Of a DNA stretch of 64,000 nucleotides, positions 46,133 to 54,950 are shown piece after piece. This stretch comes from a virus. Location: IMG/VR virus record IMGVR_UViG_3300025035_000001, one strand, 5' to 3'. The translations under genes were made by a program, and so were the position numbers. The notes under the pieces are model-generated. The model had not been told where the DNA came from, searched no databases, and worked only from the letters and a program-made list of their open reading frames with translations. The number at the start of each line of letters is the position of its first letter. Position 1 is the stretch's first letter.

Positions 46133-46160
46133 ATAATAATAAAGATAGTTAAAGTATACT

Positions 46161-46667
46161 ATGCGAAAAATAAGAATTAGTACAACCGAAGAAATAATAT
46201 ACCGAAAAACTCAAAATTTAGAATTTGAGTTAGATGACGAGTTTGTTCAGTTTTATCAGGTGCAATTACAATTTATGTTAGAATTAAATCCTAATTGTCC
46301 AACAGCTTTGGTATTTTTTTGTGTACTCGAAATGGATGATGAAAACTTTGTTAGTTACGATGCTATTTTCAGAAAACGTTTCAGAGAGTTTTTAGCTCTT
46401 AATAATTTAACGTACTCCGATATTGCAATTAAGAAAGCAATGGCTACACTTAAAAATTTAGGTTGGTTGGAGTCTTTATCTAAAGGTAGATACCGAGTTT
46501 CTCTTTTTCATGTATGGAAAGGAAAAATAAAAAATAGATTAGAAGAGGTTAAAAAAATAAGTTATCAAGATACTAGAGATTATAGAACGGTAAAAAAATA
46601 TCTTCAACATACTGAAGATGGTACAATTCAAAAATTAAAAGAGTTAGCTAAAAAAAGTAACCCATAA
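46161..46667 (+). CDS. RepL-like winged-HTH replication/maintenance protein
   Basis: FVQFY...N.V...IKKAMATLKNLGWL...KGRY...WKG pattern. Confidence 0.65.
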   Translation: MRKIRISTTEEIIYRKTQNLEFELDDEFVQFYQVQLQFMLELNPNCPTALVFFCVLEMDDENFVSYDAIFRKRFREFLALNNLTYSDIAIKKAMATLKNLGWLESLSKGRYRVSLFHVWKGKIKNRLEEVKKISYQDTRDYRTVKKYLQHTEDGTIQKLKELAKKSNP

Positions 46668-46944
46668 GAAAAAGATATACTGAGGTTTACGTTTCTTTAT
46701 TTAAGGCTTTCTGTAAAACAAAATCAGTAATAGAGATACCATTACTTTTGTATATGTTTAGAAGAATCGGTAATATTAATATCCTTGAAGTAAATAAAGA
46801 ACGGTTAGATTAGATAAAGGTAGATGCCAATTAAATCCTATGTATGTGTGGAGAGGTAGTCAAAGTAAAAGAAAGGAGATTTTAAAAGAAATTATTAAAC
46901 TTCCTAATAACAATAAACAGAAATTTTTAAAAACTAAAATATGA
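46661..46944 (+). pseudogene. Degenerate second RepL-like paralog
   Basis: Frame A gives YTEVYVSLF...NINILEVNKERLD*. Frame B from 46813 gives DKGRCQLNPMYVWRGSQSKRKEILKEI. The junction is at tagat-tagat; there is no start codon. Confidence 0.55.
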
Positions 46945-47828
46945 ATCTTTATTTATCTGATGATAGTATTTGGTTTAATGATGAAAAACACATTTATACC
47001 AATAAAGACAACGAGCGATATACTTCAGTTACTAAATTTATTGAAAGCTTTAAACCTAAATTTGATTCGTCTTTTTGGTTGCGTTATAAAGCGGTAGAAA
47101 GATTGCTGATAAGTGTAAAAGAACATGAAACATGGAAAAAATTAAAACTAAAATATTTACAAACAGAAGATAAAAATCTGTTTCTAAATATAGAAACATT
47201 ACACCAAGAAGTAGGTTCTCTTTGGCAATTGTTAGAAGAGTTAAAGTTAGAAAAGTTACAATTAATAATTAAAAAAGAATGGGATGAAAAATCAAAAACT
47301 TCTTTAGCTAAAGGTTCTTCTTTTCACGACCAACAAGAAGATTTCTATAGAAAGAAATATAGTTACCCATCCGATTTTTCTGGTTATGATTTACGCTATC
47401 CTAATTTAACGGCTGATTATAAAGTAGAATATCCTGAATTACGTTTATATAATCACGAATACAAGTTAGCAGGGTCTGCTGATTTAATTACAACTTATAA
47501 AAATGGAAATATTGATATTTGTGATTATAAAACTTCTAAGACTTTAGATTTTCAATCTTATCAAAATCCATACACAAAACATAAGCAAATGATGAAAGAC
47601 CCTATTTCTGACTTAGATGATTGTAATTTTACACATTACTCTTTACAATTATCTATTTATGCTTGGATGATGGAACAGTTAGGTTATAAGATAAGTAATT
47701 TAACAATTGAACATATTATATATACGAATATGACAAAAAAACCTTTACGTAAAGTACACACGGTAACTTATATGAAAAAAGCAGTAGAGTTAATGTTAAA
47801 TTATCATCAAAATGAATCTAAAAAATAA
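46941..47828 (+). CDS. PD-(D/E)xK nuclease (Cas4/exonuclease-like)
   Basis: F.DEKHIY...YTSVT, GSSFH, LAGSADL, DYKTS, HYSLQLSIY. Confidence 0.8.
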   Translation: MNLYLSDDSIWFNDEKHIYTNKDNERYTSVTKFIESFKPKFDSSFWLRYKAVERLLISVKEHETWKKLKLKYLQTEDKNLFLNIETLHQEVGSLWQLLEELKLEKLQLIIKKEWDEKSKTSLAKGSSFHDQQEDFYRKKYSYPSDFSGYDLRYPNLTADYKVEYPELRLYNHEYKLAGSADLITTYKNGNIDICDYKTSKTLDFQSYQNPYTKHKQMMKDPISDLDDCNFTHYSLQLSIYAWMMEQLGYKISNLTIEHIIYTNMTKKPLRKVHTVTYMKKAVELMLNYHQNESKK

Positions 47829-48342
47829 ACTAATTAATAAACTAAAAAGTCCTAACCATATTTTAATTGCTTTAGTATTAGCATTAATTGTTCAATCTTC
47901 TCATTCCGTATTTGCTTATATGAATGTGATTGAAGGCAGATACGAGGGTTTTTTATTTTGGTTTAATCTATTAATCGGTTCAGCATTTGCAATCGCTATT
48001 TCATGGTCTATTCTTTTACATACGGTTCATAAAGTACAATGGGTAGCGTTTGTATATTTGTTTGTTGAAACAATTATCAATCTCGTATATTACGAAATAT
48101 TAGACGAGTCATTAAAAATTACACAAGTTATACCGATGATATTATTTTCTTTATTTTTACCTTTTACTATATCTAGGTATGCGTTCTTAATGAAACGTTT
48201 AGATACTGAAGAAGAAGTATTTGAACCTAGTCAAATAAATGAATTAACACAAAGACTTGAAAAATTAGAAACTGGAGGTGAATATTCTATGCAGTTAAAC
48301 GATAAGTTTTATACCGTTAAATTACAAAAAAATGAAGTTTGA
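47812..48342 (+). CDS. Multi-pass membrane protein
   Basis: About four hydrophobic segments. Confidence 0.7.
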   Translation: MNLKNKLINKLKSPNHILIALVLALIVQSSHSVFAYMNVIEGRYEGFLFWFNLLIGSAFAIAISWSILLHTVHKVQWVAFVYLFVETIINLVYYEILDESLKITQVIPMILFSLFLPFTISRYAFLMKRLDTEEEVFEPSQINELTQRLEKLETGGEYSMQLNDKFYTVKLQKNEV

Positions 48343-48856
48343 TAGTGAAGAAGAAAAACATTTTTATTGGTATCTGTTAGAATTACAAGATTTAGGCATT
48401 GTTAAAAATATTCAAAGGTCTGAGTCGTTTACGCTTTGTGAAGCAGTTTATTCAAAAAATAAGACTTTATTTGAAGATGTAGTATATACACCTGATTTTA
48501 AATGTGAAGTACTTAAAGAAAAAAATCTGTTTCAGCCTTTTTCTAATCCGATGGTTTCATCAAGAGCGAGAAAAGAAACAAGGTTAACGTTTAATGATGA
48601 AATAAACATTGCGTATTTTGAGGTAAAACCAATTATAGATGTTCGAGGTAAAACAACAGAAGTTAATTTAAAACGTAAATGGCTATATCTAAGACACAAA
48701 GTTTTTGTAGAGTTAGTCAAAATACCAGGAAGCTCTAATAAAGGCTCACATCTATTTAAAAAGACTTTTACACCTATTAAATATTTATCCACACCTACTG
48801 GAAAACAAAGAAAAATAAATTATGAGTTTAAAAGTATCAGAGAATATTTTAAATGA
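48332..48856 (+). CDS. DUF1064-like PD-(D/E)xK endonuclease
   Basis: KFDSEEE..FY, YTPDF, FEVK. Confidence 0.65.
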   Translation: MKFDSEEEKHFYWYLLELQDLGIVKNIQRSESFTLCEAVYSKNKTLFEDVVYTPDFKCEVLKEKNLFQPFSNPMVSSRARKETRLTFNDEINIAYFEVKPIIDVRGKTTEVNLKRKWLYLRHKVFVELVKIPGSSNKGSHLFKKTFTPIKYLSTPTGKQRKINYEFKSIREYFK

Positions 48857-49022
48857 GCTTAAACAATCTTTTACGGTAACCCTTACACATTACGATACTA
48901 TTATTGCAATCGCTAAGAAAAGAAGTAATTTACAAATAGATAAAGTGATTAAAATATTTAAATCGCTTTTATTAGCGGTAGAATTTAATAAAAATATAAA
49001 TAATGCGATATGCGTAAGTTAA
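48822..49022 (+). CDS. Hypothetical protein (start uncertain)
   Basis: ORF track; fills a gap but overlaps both neighbours. Confidence 0.35.
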   Translation: MSLKVSENILNELKQSFTVTLTHYDTIIAIAKKRSNLQIDKVIKIFKSLLLAVEFNKNINNAICVS

Positions 49023-49504
49023 TGATAATTGGACACGGTGGTCATGGTAAAGATACCGTGGCTTCAATGCTGTCACAAATTAGACCCTATCGTTATATAC
49101 CCGCAAGTCTATATGTAGCTAAGAATATTATCTTTCCTCAAATGAAAGATAAATATGCAAACTTTATTGATTGTTTTGAAGATAGACGTAATCATAGAGC
49201 GTTGTGGTACAATATGATTCAAGAATATACAAAAAATGATTCGATTCGTCTAATTCGTGAATTTTATCAGCCGTTTGATATTTATACAGGTTGTAGAGAT
49301 TCAGTATCTTTACAAAAAGCTAAAAAAGAAAAACTTATTGATAAAGTAATTTGGATAGAAGCATCTAAACGTTTACCTTTAGAAAATGAATCATCCATGA
49401 AAATATCTCATTCAGATGCTGATTATATTTTATATAATAACGACAAACATTTATATTCGTTAAGAAACAATGTAAATCAAATGATTATTGAATTGACGTT
49501 ATGA
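49010..49504 (+). CDS. Deoxynucleoside monophosphate kinase-like P-loop protein
   Basis: IIGHGGHGKDTVA, TGCRD, IWIEAS.RLP.E, ADYILYNN. Confidence 0.7.
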   Translation: MRKLMIIGHGGHGKDTVASMLSQIRPYRYIPASLYVAKNIIFPQMKDKYANFIDCFEDRRNHRALWYNMIQEYTKNDSIRLIREFYQPFDIYTGCRDSVSLQKAKKEKLIDKVIWIEASKRLPLENESSMKISHSDADYILYNNDKHLYSLRNNVNQMIIELTL

Positions 49505-49794
49505 AACTACTATTAAAACCTATAGCTATTTATTATAAAGCTCTTGACGATAGTGGTTATCAAGAATATATCGCTTTTGAAACATTTTTAATTAAAGCGA
49601 GGTTGATTTCTAACATAACTTATTTTAAAACCGTTAAAAAATTACCTAAACTGCCAATAAAAATAGGTTTCTACAATAATCTTTTAAAAAAACTTTTTGG
49701 AGAAGTTGTTTATAAATCAAGACAAAATCTTTTAGAGTTACTTTATATACAAACCGTTAATCATATTAAAAAAAACATATATTTAGTTAAATGA
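49501..49794 (+). CDS. Hypothetical protein
   Basis: ORF track; overlapping start/stop. Confidence 0.6.
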   Translation: MKLLLKPIAIYYKALDDSGYQEYIAFETFLIKARLISNITYFKTVKKLPKLPIKIGFYNNLLKKLFGEVVYKSRQNLLELLYIQTVNHIKKNIYLVK

Positions 49795-49952
49795 ATAAAG
49801 TATTTGAAGCATATCTGAAAGCGTTAAATTCGGGTATATTGGAAGAGTTATTACCTGATTACACTGGTGATTTTAAGACTGATAAAATTCATTTTAAAAA
49901 AGCGTGGATAAAACGAAAACAAATAGACCCTCGTTTTCAATTGTTGAAATAA
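49791..49952 (+). CDS. Hypothetical protein (53 aa, MNKVFEAYLKALNSG...)
   Basis: Hand translation; ATG overlaps the upstream stop. Confidence 0.55.
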   Translation: MNKVFEAYLKALNSGILEELLPDYTGDFKTDKIHFKKAWIKRKQIDPRFQLLK

Positions 49953-49954
49953 TT

Positions 49955-50113
49955 ATGAAATTATTATTGGATTCTTTTCTTTCTTGTTTTAGATGGTATC
50001 GACGTTTATACAAAGGAACGTGGGTAAAACGAAGATTCAATCACAGTACCGAATGGTTTCTTTATGAAGGGAGTAACCCTGAAGATTTTGAAAAGTACGA
50101 AGTTTATGAATAA
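49955..50113 (+). CDS. Hypothetical protein (MKLLLDSF...)
   Basis: 3' part of track ORF 49904..50113; start moved to avoid overlap. Confidence 0.5.
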   Translation: MKLLLDSFLSCFRWYRRLYKGTWVKRRFNHSTEWFLYEGSNPEDFEKYEVYE

Positions 50114-50120
50114 TTTTGTA

Positions 50121-50128
50121 TATATTTG
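50121..50128 (+). promoter_or_regulatory. Bacteroidota -7 element TATATTTG
   Basis: Intergenic, 27 nt before the ORF at 50155; no clear -33 box. Confidence 0.4.
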
Positions 50129-50154
50129 CATAGTTTTAATTTAAATCCTTAAGT

Positions 50155-50325
50155 ATGTCTGAGCTACTTCCTATTTTAACAAGACTTTTAAAAATAAATG
50201 AAATCACCGAAGAAGAATTTGTAATGTTTATTGAGGTAATTATAAAAGCAGAATCCCAACCATCATCTGTTTTTGATATTTCAAAATATTATTCATCTTC
50301 AATGATTTATAGTGTTGATTTTTAA
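50155..50325 (+). CDS. Hypothetical protein (56 aa, MSELLPIL...)
   Basis: Hand translation; fills the intergenic gap. Confidence 0.5.
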   Translation: MSELLPILTRLLKINEITEEEFVMFIEVIIKAESQPSSVFDISKYYSSSMIYSVDF

Positions 50326-50354
50326 AAATACTAATCCTTGCAATCTCGTAAATT

Positions 50355-50891
50355 ATGCATAATGAAAAAACAAAATTTGGTAGTTTCTTACAAAAAATAG
50401 GAAATACTTTTGGAGACATTACTACTATTGGTGAAGGTTTATTACAAGGGACACCCGCAGGTACAGTAATAAGTACTGTTAAAAATTTATTAGAAGGTAA
50501 AATGGAAAATCAAGCTTTAACAGAAGCTGAAAGAATTAGAGCTAGAGAGTTAAAACTTGAATTAGAACTAGCGAGTCAAGACTTTGAAACTGAGTTAGTA
50601 AAAACACAACAGTTAGAAATGGATTCTGCTCGTAAATACAACGCATCTATTCAAAATGACCCTGATTCTACTTCATTAGCTAAGATAGTCCCTTACTTTT
50701 TAGATTTATCTATTGTGCTTACTTGGATAGGAGCTACTTTCTATATTGCTTTTAACGCTTTTAGAGGAACAAGTGTTTCAGATGGTATATGGGGTTTATA
50801 TTCTACAGTTACTGGATTGGCTACTCAAATTATTGGTTTTCACAGAGGTTCTAGTATCGGTAGTAAACGTAAAGATTTAAAATTGACATGA
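50355..50891 (+). CDS. Putative holin (3TM-holin-like)
   Basis: EM.SAR, two C-terminal TM helices, and GFHRGSSIGSK.K ending. Confidence 0.65.
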   Translation: MHNEKTKFGSFLQKIGNTFGDITTIGEGLLQGTPAGTVISTVKNLLEGKMENQALTEAERIRARELKLELELASQDFETELVKTQQLEMDSARKYNASIQNDPDSTSLAKIVPYFLDLSIVLTWIGATFYIAFNAFRGTSVSDGIWGLYSTVTGLATQIIGFHRGSSIGSKRKDLKLT

Positions 50892-51171
50892 TGGAAAAGA
50901 ATTTTTTAAAAAAATGGTAATCATATGTTTAGTGCTGTTAGGACAGGTTGTGGTTCTAGTATCGGTAGTAAACGTAAAGATTTAAAATTGACATGATGGA
51001 AAAGAATTTTTTAAAAAAATGGCAAACCGTTAAAATTAAAGACTTGAATCATAAGAGTGATAATCACCCTTATATGAAAGTAGTTAATTTTATATGGGCG
51101 ACTAATGACGATGGTTCTTTAAGGCAAGACCATAACGGTAATCATATGTTAAGTGCTGTTAGAACAGGTTG
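50847..51171 (+). repeat. Partial tandem duplication: 71-bp exact repeat plus 35-bp near repeat
   Basis: 50847-50917 equals 50952-51022. 50916-50950 matches 51137-51171 with 2 mismatches. Confidence 0.95.
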
Positions 51172-51337
51172 GTTTTCAGAAGATTATATTTGGATTGAGA
51201 AAGAATGGCATTCTCATTTGTTAGAACCTGTTGAAAGTCATCCTAAAGCTTTATTAAATAATGCTTATTTACAGCTTATCAGGTTAGGTAATTTAGAAAT
51301 TTCAGAAAAATTAAAAACAATCATTCAAGAGCTATGA
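50993..51337 (+). CDS. Conserved crAss-like hypothetical protein (DUF2158-like)
   Basis: V.IK....P.M.V...V..GWF pattern. Confidence 0.6.
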   Translation: MMEKNFLKKWQTVKIKDLNHKSDNHPYMKVVNFIWATNDDGSLRQDHNGNHMLSAVRTGWFSEDYIWIEKEWHSHLLEPVESHPKALLNNAYLQLIRLGNLEISEKLKTIIQEL

Positions 51338-51675
51338 GTAAGAAATCAATGTTAAAAAGTTTAGTAGACATTACAGAAGCCGAAAAGAAATTTGCTGCGA
51401 AAATGGAAGTAAATGACGACTACGTTATTGTTAAACCTGCAAGAGTTACCCCTCAAAAAGGTATTATTGTACCTAAAGGACTTCAAGTTAAAAGTTATGG
51501 TTACGTAGTCAAAGGAGGTGGTAAATATCAAGAAGGTGATTTAATCGGTTGGTCAGACAGAACTATTGGTTATCCTTTAGAGATTAAATCAGAAAATTTT
51601 AGTGAAAACACCTTTGACGGTAATTGGCTTAGTATTTTTGAAAAAGACGTTATTTATAAACTTAAATTATCTTAA
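51334..51675 (+). CDS. GroES/Cpn10-like co-chaperonin
   Basis: DYVIVKP...KGIIVP...GYVVKGG...GDLI...IFEKDVI. Confidence 0.6.
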   Translation: MSKKSMLKSLVDITEAEKKFAAKMEVNDDYVIVKPARVTPQKGIIVPKGLQVKSYGYVVKGGGKYQEGDLIGWSDRTIGYPLEIKSENFSENTFDGNWLSIFEKDVIYKLKLS

Positions 51676-51678
51676 AGT

Positions 51679-51924
51679 ATGGAAATTGTAAATGTAGAAC
51701 AAAGGAATCAAGAAATACCTAAAATTAGAGGTAATTCTAAATTATTCACTAAGTCTATTGGTGAAGGAGAAGATAAAACCTTAGTCGTTATAAAGTTAGA
51801 ATTTACACCTACCGAACAAGGTACTGATTTATTTTATGTTGCAGATGGAAAAAATCAAATCATGTTTAACACTTACCCTTTGATAAAAGATGAGTCAATT
51901 GAAAAAGAAGCTGGAGAAGCTTAA
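51679..51924 (+). CDS. Hypothetical protein
   Basis: ORF track. Confidence 0.6.
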   Translation: MEIVNVEQRNQEIPKIRGNSKLFTKSIGEGEDKTLVVIKLEFTPTEQGTDLFYVADGKNQIMFNTYPLIKDESIEKEAGEA

Positions 51925-52390
51925 AGAAGAAGTTGCTTATTATGCGTCTGCTGCACCTAAAGTAGCAGACGCTTATATTAAATATGCTTTAGGTGATAAA
52001 GCAGAAGATTTACAAAAAGCGTTTAGACAACATCAATGTGAAACTTGTGTTCTTTATAAAAAAGAAGATGATTACGCACAATGTAATCCTGATTTGTTAG
52101 CAAACGCAAAAGATGAAACTTATACTTTAGATACTGTTCGCAAAGCAGGCTTTCCTTTATATAAAGAAAAAGGAGTTATTTATTCTGCGGTAATAGATAA
52201 TCAAGTGTTTGTGAGAGGTTGTGGTTGCCCTGTAGGTGGAACAAATGCAAAATGGAAATTTAGTTTTGAAGAATCCGATTTAAAAAGAGGTAATGGTACA
52301 GCACCTTGTCCTAGAAATCGCTGGATTAATGAAAAATTTGAAATATGGAAACAACAGCAAGAAAAGTTTTACAAAGAATCAAAGAGTTAG
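51890..52390 (+). CDS. Cys-rich putative zinc-binding protein
   Basis: CETC, C, GCGC and CPRNRW. Confidence 0.7.
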   Translation: MSQLKKKLEKLKEEVAYYASAAPKVADAYIKYALGDKAEDLQKAFRQHQCETCVLYKKEDDYAQCNPDLLANAKDETYTLDTVRKAGFPLYKEKGVIYSAVIDNQVFVRGCGCPVGGTNAKWKFSFEESDLKRGNGTAPCPRNRWINEKFEIWKQQQEKFYKESKS

Positions 52391-52806
52391 GTCAAGATAA
52401 GCCATCAATTCAAAAGTGTGCTTGTATGACTTTGTTTAACACCTTACGTTGGAGTGCTACTCAAACACATCTTTGGCATTTTCAAACCGAAATATTAGCA
52501 GAACACAAAACTTTAAATAGTTATTACGAAGAAATTATTAATCTAATGGATAGTTTCATTGAAACTTATATTGGTCATTACGGTAGACCTTCTACACAAC
52601 CTTTTAATTTTAAACTAGAAGATTATAAAGAACCATTCAACAACCAAGAGGGTAATCAAATATATAACCATTTAAAAGAAGTGTTTATCGTAATTGATAC
52701 AATAAGGCAAAATGAGAAAGTACGTGATTTAAGTGACTTAAAAAATATTATAGATGAAATAGATGCTTTCGTGAACAAAACTAAATATCTTTTAACTCTT
52801 AGTTAA
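52345..52806 (+). CDS. Ferritin/Dps-like four-helix protein (DUF5856-like)
   Basis: THLWH, HKTL..YYE, DSFIETY.G.YGR, DEI...NKTKYLLTL; true start is probably later. Confidence 0.7.
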   Translation: METTARKVLQRIKELGQDKPSIQKCACMTLFNTLRWSATQTHLWHFQTEILAEHKTLNSYYEEIINLMDSFIETYIGHYGRPSTQPFNFKLEDYKEPFNNQEGNQIYNHLKEVFIVIDTIRQNEKVRDLSDLKNIIDEIDAFVNKTKYLLTLS

Positions 52807-52808
52807 TT

Positions 52809-54065
52809 ATGACCGACTATCAAGAAATTTTAAATCGTTATCTTCAACGTATTAAAGAAGATGGGATTAGTTTTCATAAAGCGGCTAGAATGATACTTGA
52901 AGATTATCCTTTTGTTACTAAAGCGCATAGAACAATAAGGTATGATTTATCAAATACGCTTAAAAGAAAAGAAAAACAAAGCGGTGGTAACACGATTAAC
53001 TTTGAAAAAAACTACGAATACAAAGGTAGAAGGTCAATGACTTCTACTGAAGATGCGATTGAATTTTTTGATATTGATTTACATAGAGAAGAAATTGTAA
53101 AAAGTCAGTTTAACGCATGGGATGTAACTATAAAAGATGCTGACGGTAAAGCGGTCACTTCAACCAATTACCAAGTTAAATTAATCACTACACCAAAAAA
53201 GATTTCTTTTGATTATACTAAAGCATTAACAAAGTTAAAAACAGAAAAATATACTCCAAAAGTAATAAAAGGTTCAGGTGCTGGACTTTTATCAATTGCG
53301 GATATACATACTGGTGCAAATACTGAAAAATCTGAAGGTTTAGTGAAAACTAAACCTTTTTCTTTTAACATACTTCAAGAGTATATGTCAGCTATTGTTG
53401 CACAAGCAAATGAATTAAATAGAGAAGAAGTAAGAGTTGCTATTTTAGGCGATTTGATAGAATCTTTTACTGGTTTAAATCATTTAAACTCATGGCAAGA
53501 TATGGAATCTTGGATGGGAGATGCTGTAATTCTAGCTTATGAAATCATTAAAGAATTTTTGTCAAAGATTAATAACCTCAGTAAAGTATATATTGTTTCA
53601 GGAAATCACGATAGAATCTCTTCTAATCGAGAAGGTGACCCAATAGGAAATGTAACTAAATTAGTAGCTTTTATGTTAAAGCAGTCAGGATTTAACGTAG
53701 TGTATCATCCTGTGGTAATTAGCGAAAGTTTTGACCAGATACATTATATTATGACACACGGACATCATAAAATGGTAAAAGAAGTTATTAAAATGATTTT
53801 AAACTATGGTGGAGACCGTTCAGAATATCATGTTTTAATGTATGGTCATTTTCACACTCGTAATAAGAAAATACCGGTAGATACTAGAATAGATAATTTA
53901 GTATTACAAGATTCAGTAGATTATCGAGCAATAGGAGTTGCTCCTTTATTCACTGGTAATTTGTTTTCTGAAACGTTAGGTTACAGTTCTACCGCAGGTT
54001 TTTCATGGGTAGAGAGAGCTGGAAACGCACAACGTAATATTAACCATTTTGATTTTGGATTATAA
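52809..54065 (+). CDS. Calcineurin-like metallophosphoesterase
   Basis: ADIH, GDLIE, GNHDR, THGH, GHFH. Confidence 0.85.
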   Translation: MTDYQEILNRYLQRIKEDGISFHKAARMILEDYPFVTKAHRTIRYDLSNTLKRKEKQSGGNTINFEKNYEYKGRRSMTSTEDAIEFFDIDLHREEIVKSQFNAWDVTIKDADGKAVTSTNYQVKLITTPKKISFDYTKALTKLKTEKYTPKVIKGSGAGLLSIADIHTGANTEKSEGLVKTKPFSFNILQEYMSAIVAQANELNREEVRVAILGDLIESFTGLNHLNSWQDMESWMGDAVILAYEIIKEFLSKINNLSKVYIVSGNHDRISSNREGDPIGNVTKLVAFMLKQSGFNVVYHPVVISESFDQIHYIMTHGHHKMVKEVIKMILNYGGDRSEYHVLMYGHFHTRNKKIPVDTRIDNLVLQDSVDYRAIGVAPLFTGNLFSETLGYSSTAGFSWVERAGNAQRNINHFDFGL

Positions 54066-54068
54066 ACA

Positions 54069-54383
54069 ATGAAAAGAGTAGAGAATAAATATAAGTTAAA
54101 AATACGTTCTAATTGGTATAAATCAGAAGTAGATATATATGAAGGTAATGGAACGTATGCGAGATATGCAGAAGGATGTTTTTCTCAAAACAATGAAAAT
54201 TTTCTTATTTATCCTCTATTGAGTCAATTTTATTTATGGGTTGGACCGGGTAAACAATTAGTAAATGTGGATAGAGTAATACTTAAAGTTCCCGACATAA
54301 ATAATTATGAAAAAGACCCTAATATTTTTTATAAATATGCTAATTTGTTGTTAGATAGATACATTGAAAAAACGTTTAAGTAA
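54069..54383 (+). CDS. Hypothetical protein
   Basis: ORF track. Confidence 0.65.
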   Translation: MKRVENKYKLKIRSNWYKSEVDIYEGNGTYARYAEGCFSQNNENFLIYPLLSQFYLWVGPGKQLVNVDRVILKVPDINNYEKDPNIFYKYANLLLDRYIEKTFK

Positions 54384-54949
54384 TGGAAGTATTTGAATTA
54401 AAAGCGGGTCGATTAAAAATCAAAGATGCTAATATCTTACTTATTCCTGAGTTTCAAGTTTTATGGGATTCTGACAGTTCAAAAGAAAAAGTAAAAGTTT
54501 TTGAAATGTTTAAATTTTTGTATCTCTATTGTGATTACAAAAGTCCGTTTAATGACTTTAACGATACAAAAAGAAAAGAAGAATCCTTGTTAAGAACTAC
54601 GCTTTCTTCTAAAGATTTAGAAACACCAAATATGAAAGCAGCAGCTAAAATATATATTGCTATTGAAAATACAAATCCTGTAATTAAAGCAATTGGTGGA
54701 GCGAAGAAATTGCTAGATAAAATGCAAGATTATATTGAAGAGGTGGATTTTACTGAAAAAATAGATGGAGGAGCACAGAAAGGAAAGTTAGTTCACTCTA
54801 TTGCAGAAGCTAGAAAAACAATTATTGAAATGCCTTTAATTGTAGAAAAGTTGCGTGAGTTACGTAAAGCTTATGAAGAGGAAACAAAAGAAGTGGTAGA
54901 TTATCGTAAGAATACAAAACCATCTGTTTGGTCAGATATAGAAGGTTAA
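54383..54949 (+). CDS. Conserved crAss-like protein upstream of terL (possible small terminase)
   Basis: Position, plus IPEF...YLYCDYKSPF motif and helical C-terminus. Confidence 0.6.
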   Translation: MEVFELKAGRLKIKDANILLIPEFQVLWDSDSSKEKVKVFEMFKFLYLYCDYKSPFNDFNDTKRKEESLLRTTLSSKDLETPNMKAAAKIYIAIENTNPVIKAIGGAKKLLDKMQDYIEEVDFTEKIDGGAQKGKLVHSIAEARKTIIEMPLIVEKLRELRKAYEEETKEVVDYRKNTKPSVWSDIEG

Positions 54950-54950
54950 T

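Noticed and set aside
50916-51171. Diversity-generating retroelement template/variable repeat pair (both mismatches are at adenines)
   Set aside because: Only 35 bp and two differences, no reverse transcriptase in the window; simple duplication-deletion explains it.
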